From: Gemmatimonadota bacterium
Lineage (GTDB): Bacteria; Gemmatimonadota; Gemmatimonadetes; Gemmatimonadales; GWC2-71-9
Length of the DNA: 58,344 bases
Assembly (NCBI GenBank): GCA_034440415.1
Contig: JAWXBX010000122.1
Span: 1 to 58,344 of the forward strand
Direction: 5' to 3'
Part shown: positions 55,755 through 58,344 of the stretch, in pieces
Position numbering within the stretch: the stretch's first letter is position 1
Layout of the letters: every line of letters begins with the position of its first letter
Notes under the pieces: model-generated
What the model was told of the DNA's origin: nothing
Seen by the model: the letters and a program-made list of their open reading frames with translations, nothing else
Databases searched by the model: none
Position numbers and translations under genes: made by a program

Positions 55755-57870
55755 GTACGAGGTCACCGGCATCTCCAAGAGCTTCGCCGGCGAAACCGGT
55801 CCGCTCCAGGCGATCGCCGACGTCAGCCTCACCGTCCATGAGGGTGAATTCGTCGCCCTGGTCGGCCCGTCCGGCTGCGGCAAGTCGACCCTGCTCAATA
55901 TCCTGGGTGGATTTGACACCCCCGACCACGGCGAGGTCCTGCTGGACGGCGCCCCCATCACGGAGCCGAGTCGCCGAGGCATCCTGATCACCCAGCGCGG
56001 CTCGGTCTTTCCGTGGATGACCGTACGGCAGAATCTCGAGTTCGCCACCCGCGAGCTGCCGGCGGCAGAGATTGCACAGCGCTTCGCCCACTATATCGAC
56101 TTCGTCGGGCTGCGCGGATTCGAGGACGCGTGGCCCCACCAGCTCTCGGGCGGCATGCTCCAGCGGGTCGAGGTAGCGCGCGCCCTGATGGCCAAGCCCG
56201 ACGTGCTGCTGATGGACGAGCCCTTCGGCGCGCTGGACGCGCTCACCCGCATGCGGATGCGGGGCGAGCTGATCGAGATTCTCGCGCGGGACAGCCACAC
56301 CTGCCTGCTGGTCACTCACGACGTCGAGGAGGCGCTTCACCTCGCCGACCGCATCGTCGTCTTCAGCCCGCGCCCGGCGAAGATCCAGTGCATTCTGGAA
56401 GTGAACGCACCTCACCCCCGGGTGCTCTCCCATCCCGGCATGATCGCGCTGAAGGAACGCATCCTCCAGGAACTGGGGCTTTCCTCCCTCGACGTCCTCC
56501 GGGACACCGCCGCTCCAGTCGAACAAGGCCAGGGCCGGAGCGCGATACCGGAGGACCACATTGCCCCCAGGGGGTTATCAGTTCGACCGCTCAGCCCCCG
56601 CCCCAGAATCGGCGGGGAAGCGGTCGAGCAGTTCGACGTGGTGGTCGTGGGGGGAGGGCCCGCCGGCGCCAGCGCCGCCACGGTGCTCGCCACCGAGGGC
56701 TTCAAGGTACTGGTCCTCGAACGGGAGCACTTTCCCCGATACCACGTCGGGGAATCCCTGCTGCCGATCGCCTGGGACCTCTTTGATCGGCTGGGAGTGA
56801 CGGCAGAGGTGGAGGCCGAGGGCTTCGTCGTGAAGCAGGGCATCTCCTTCGGGCTGCCGGGGCAGGCAGACGAGCTGTCGTTCCGGACGTCGGAGTACCC
56901 GGAATACTTCCAGCGGCCCTACACCTTCCACGTCGAGCGGGCCCGGTTCGACGAGATTCTGCTGCATAACGCCCGGGACAGGGGCGCGACCGTCCGGGAG
57001 GGGTGGGTCGTGCGGGACGTGTTGTTCCAGGGCGATACCGCTGTCGGCGTGCTGGCCGGGCCGGTGGGCGAGGAACCCCACCCGATCCTCGCCCCCATGG
57101 TGGTGGACGCCACCGGGCAGAACTGCCTGCTGGCCCGCAAGCTCGGCTGGCGGCGCCCGGACCCGACGCTCAACAAGGTGGCGCACTACGCCCATTTCAC
57201 CGGCGGATTTCGCCCTGTCGCCGAGAAATCGGAGGGCGAGATCCAGATCGAGAACGCGAGCGCGACACATGTCTACGCCATCGAGGGCGGCTGGGTGTGG
57301 TACATCCCACTGCGCGACGACACCGTCAGCGTCGGGGTCGTCCTGGACGCGAAGTTTGACAGCGCGAAGCGGGGCAACCCCCAGACCCGGTTCGACGATG
57401 CCATTCAGTCCTGCCCCAGAGTCCGGGAGTGGCTCACCGGCGCCCAGCCGGCGATGGAGGTCCAGACCATCTCGAATATCTCGTATCTGAACGACTGTTT
57501 CGTGGGGAACGGCTTCGTGCTGGTGGGCGACGCCTCGATGTTCATCGACCCGATCTTCTCCTCGGGGGTGTCCCTGGCCATGCGGAGCGGCATCTACGCT
57601 GCCGAGGCGATCATCGACTGCGCGATCCACAAGGACTACAGCGCGGCCCGGCTGGAGCACTATGAGGCCCGGATCCGGCTGCCGATGAGTCGCATCTTCA
57701 AGATGATCTACAACTGGTACGCGATCCTGGAGAAGCCGGAGGCAGACAATATCTTCGTGCGCGCCCGGAACAGCCCGTTGCTGCGCGAGCGGCTCCTGGT
57801 GCTGTTCTCCGGTGGCTACGACCGCCTCGACTTCGAGTCCCTGCTGACCGCCGAGGGGGAACGGCACTAG
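55738..57870 (+). CDS. Fusion protein: NitT/TauT-type ABC ATPase (aa 1 to about 250), Pro/Arg-rich linker, and flavin-dependent halogenase homologue (aa about 298-710)
   Basis: ATPase: Walker [10 protein letters not shown], signature LSGGMLQRV, Walker [13 protein letters not shown]-loop LVTHD. Halogenase: [39 protein letters not shown] (WxWxIP), [14 protein letters not shown]. Single uninterrupted 710-aa ORF. Confidence 0.85.
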   Translation: MAPRAKYEVTGISKSFAGETGPLQAIADVSLTVHEGEFVALVGPSGCGKSTLLNILGGFDTPDHGEVLLDGAPITEPSRRGILITQRGSVFPWMTVRQNLEFATRELPAAEIAQRFAHYIDFVGLRGFEDAWPHQLSGGMLQRVEVARALMAKPDVLLMDEPFGALDALTRMRMRGELIEILARDSHTCLLVTHDVEEALHLADRIVVFSPRPAKIQCILEVNAPHPRVLSHPGMIALKERILQELGLSSLDVLRDTAAPVEQGQGRSAIPEDHIAPRGLSVRPLSPRPRIGGEAVEQFDVVVVGGGPAGASAATVLATEGFKVLVLEREHFPRYHVGESLLPIAWDLFDRLGVTAEVEAEGFVVKQGISFGLPGQADELSFRTSEYPEYFQRPYTFHVERARFDEILLHNARDRGATVREGWVVRDVLFQGDTAVGVLAGPVGEEPHPILAPMVVDATGQNCLLARKLGWRRPDPTLNKVAHYAHFTGGFRPVAEKSEGEIQIENASATHVYAIEGGWVWYIPLRDDTVSVGVVLDAKFDSAKRGNPQTRFDDAIQSCPRVREWLTGAQPAMEVQTISNISYLNDCFVGNGFVLVGDASMFIDPIFSSGVSLAMRSGIYAAEAIIDCAIHKDYSAARLEHYEARIRLPMSRIFKMIYNWYAILEKPEADNIFVRARNSPLLRERLLVLFSGGYDRLDFESLLTAEGERH

Positions 57871-57902
57871 CCACGGACGCGGCCGCTGTCCCTCGAACAG
57901 CA

Positions 57903-57932
57903 AAAACCCTCCCCGACATCGGGGAGGGTTTT
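57903..57932. terminator. Bidirectional rho-independent terminator between convergent genes
   Basis: Perfect 13-bp stem AAAACCCTCCCCG / CGGGGAGGGTTTT with a 4-nt loop ACAT. It gives U-tracts in both orientations. Confidence 0.75.
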
Positions 57933-57954
57933 CTGCATCGGCATTGATCGGCGG

Positions 57955-58344
57955 TTACATGTATCCGTCACGCCGCAGCGTCTCCAGCCCACCGCCGTCA
58001 TCCTTGTCCTGCGCCCGTCCGGAGCGTTCGGCGATATTGGCGAACTTGCCGGTCTTCAGCTCCACGATGATCTCCTCGACGTTGCGCGAGGTGGACTGGA
58101 CCGATTGGGTGCAGGGGCCACAGCCAAGGGAGCGGTAGCGGATGCCGTCGCCCTGATCGTAGTAGAGCGAGACGGTGGGAATGGTCTCCCGCTGGATGTA
58201 TTCCCAGATGTTCAGCTCGGTCCAGTCCAGCAGCGGGTGGATGCGCAGGTGCGTGCCCGGGGCGAACTCCGTCTTGTACTGATTCCAGAACTCCGGCGGC
58301 TGATCGCCGACGTCCCAGGTGCTCTGCTGGTTGCGGGGGGAGAA
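57955..58344 (-). CDS. cysD: Sulfate adenylyltransferase subunit 2 (C-terminal part; the N-terminus is outside the window)
   Basis: My minus-strand translation: ...[27 protein letters not shown]...[11 protein letters not shown]...[11 protein letters not shown]...LRRDGYM*, collinear with the CysD C-terminus. Confidence 0.85.
   Translation of the reverse strand, partial: FSPRNQQSTWDVGDQPPEFWNQYKTEFAPGTHLRIHPLLDWTELNIWEYIQRETIPTVSLYYDQGDGIRYRSLGCGPCTQSVQSTSRNVEEIIVELKTGKFANIAERSGRAQDKDDGGGLETLRRDGYM

Noticed and set aside
1-58344. Search by eye for CRISPR repeats, tRNA/rRNA genes, IS elements or transposases, integrases and phage genes.
   Set aside because: Nothing was found: no periodic direct repeats, no transposase- or integrase-like ORFs, and no cloverleaf-like segments in the short intergenic gaps. 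The island shows no obvious mobility signature within the window.

Overview
High-GC window, judged by eye to be well above 60% G+C, and almost entirely coding. No rRNA, tRNA, CRISPR array or transposase was recognised. It reads as one large exopolysaccharide (EPS) biosynthesis and modification island of the exosortase (EpsH/EpsI) type.

Left part:
- A partial NYN/LOTUS gene.
- A minus-strand operon: NtrC-type sigma-54 activator, soluble histidine kinase, wecB.
- A fused Wzz/BY-tyrosine-kinase (Wzc-like).
- A REC plus degenerate-GGDEF protein.
- An operon: polysaccharide export protein, priming sugar transferase, exosortase, EpsI.
- A divergent minus-strand operon: GT4, polytopic membrane protein, methyltransferase, GT2.

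Middle part (about 17.4-41.9 kb) is a co-directional, translationally coupled gene train:
- Four paralogous membrane-anchored sulfatase-fold proteins that lack the Cys/Ser-x-P-x-R formylglycine motif.
- Three ArnT/PMT-like GT-C membrane glycosyltransferases, one interrupted by an in-frame TAG at the predicted catalytic D-E motif.
- ArnC-like GT2 enzymes and a LPG-synthase-TM (flippase-like) protein.
- A CDP-hexose branch: rfbF, rfbG, C-methyltransferase, B12-radical-SAM, SDR.
- FAD oxidoreductases.

Right part (46-58 kb) is the most unusual:
- A Dlt-like module: stand-alone NRPS-type adenylation enzyme, carrier protein, and an MBOAT fused to an SGNH/DltD-like domain.
- An acyl-CoA-dehydrogenase homologue.
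- Two CndH/PltA-type flavin-dependent halogenase homologues. One is fused to the ATPase of a NitT/TauT-type ABC importer.
- The importer's binding-protein gene carries an in-frame TGA followed by a SECIS-like hairpin.

My hypothesis is that this encodes a carrier-protein-dependent, possibly halogenated, acyl or aminoacyl decoration of the EPS.

Six sigma-54-type -24/-12 candidates sit in the few intergenic gaps, matching the presence of the activator. The window ends with a strong bidirectional terminator and the 3' end of cysD.
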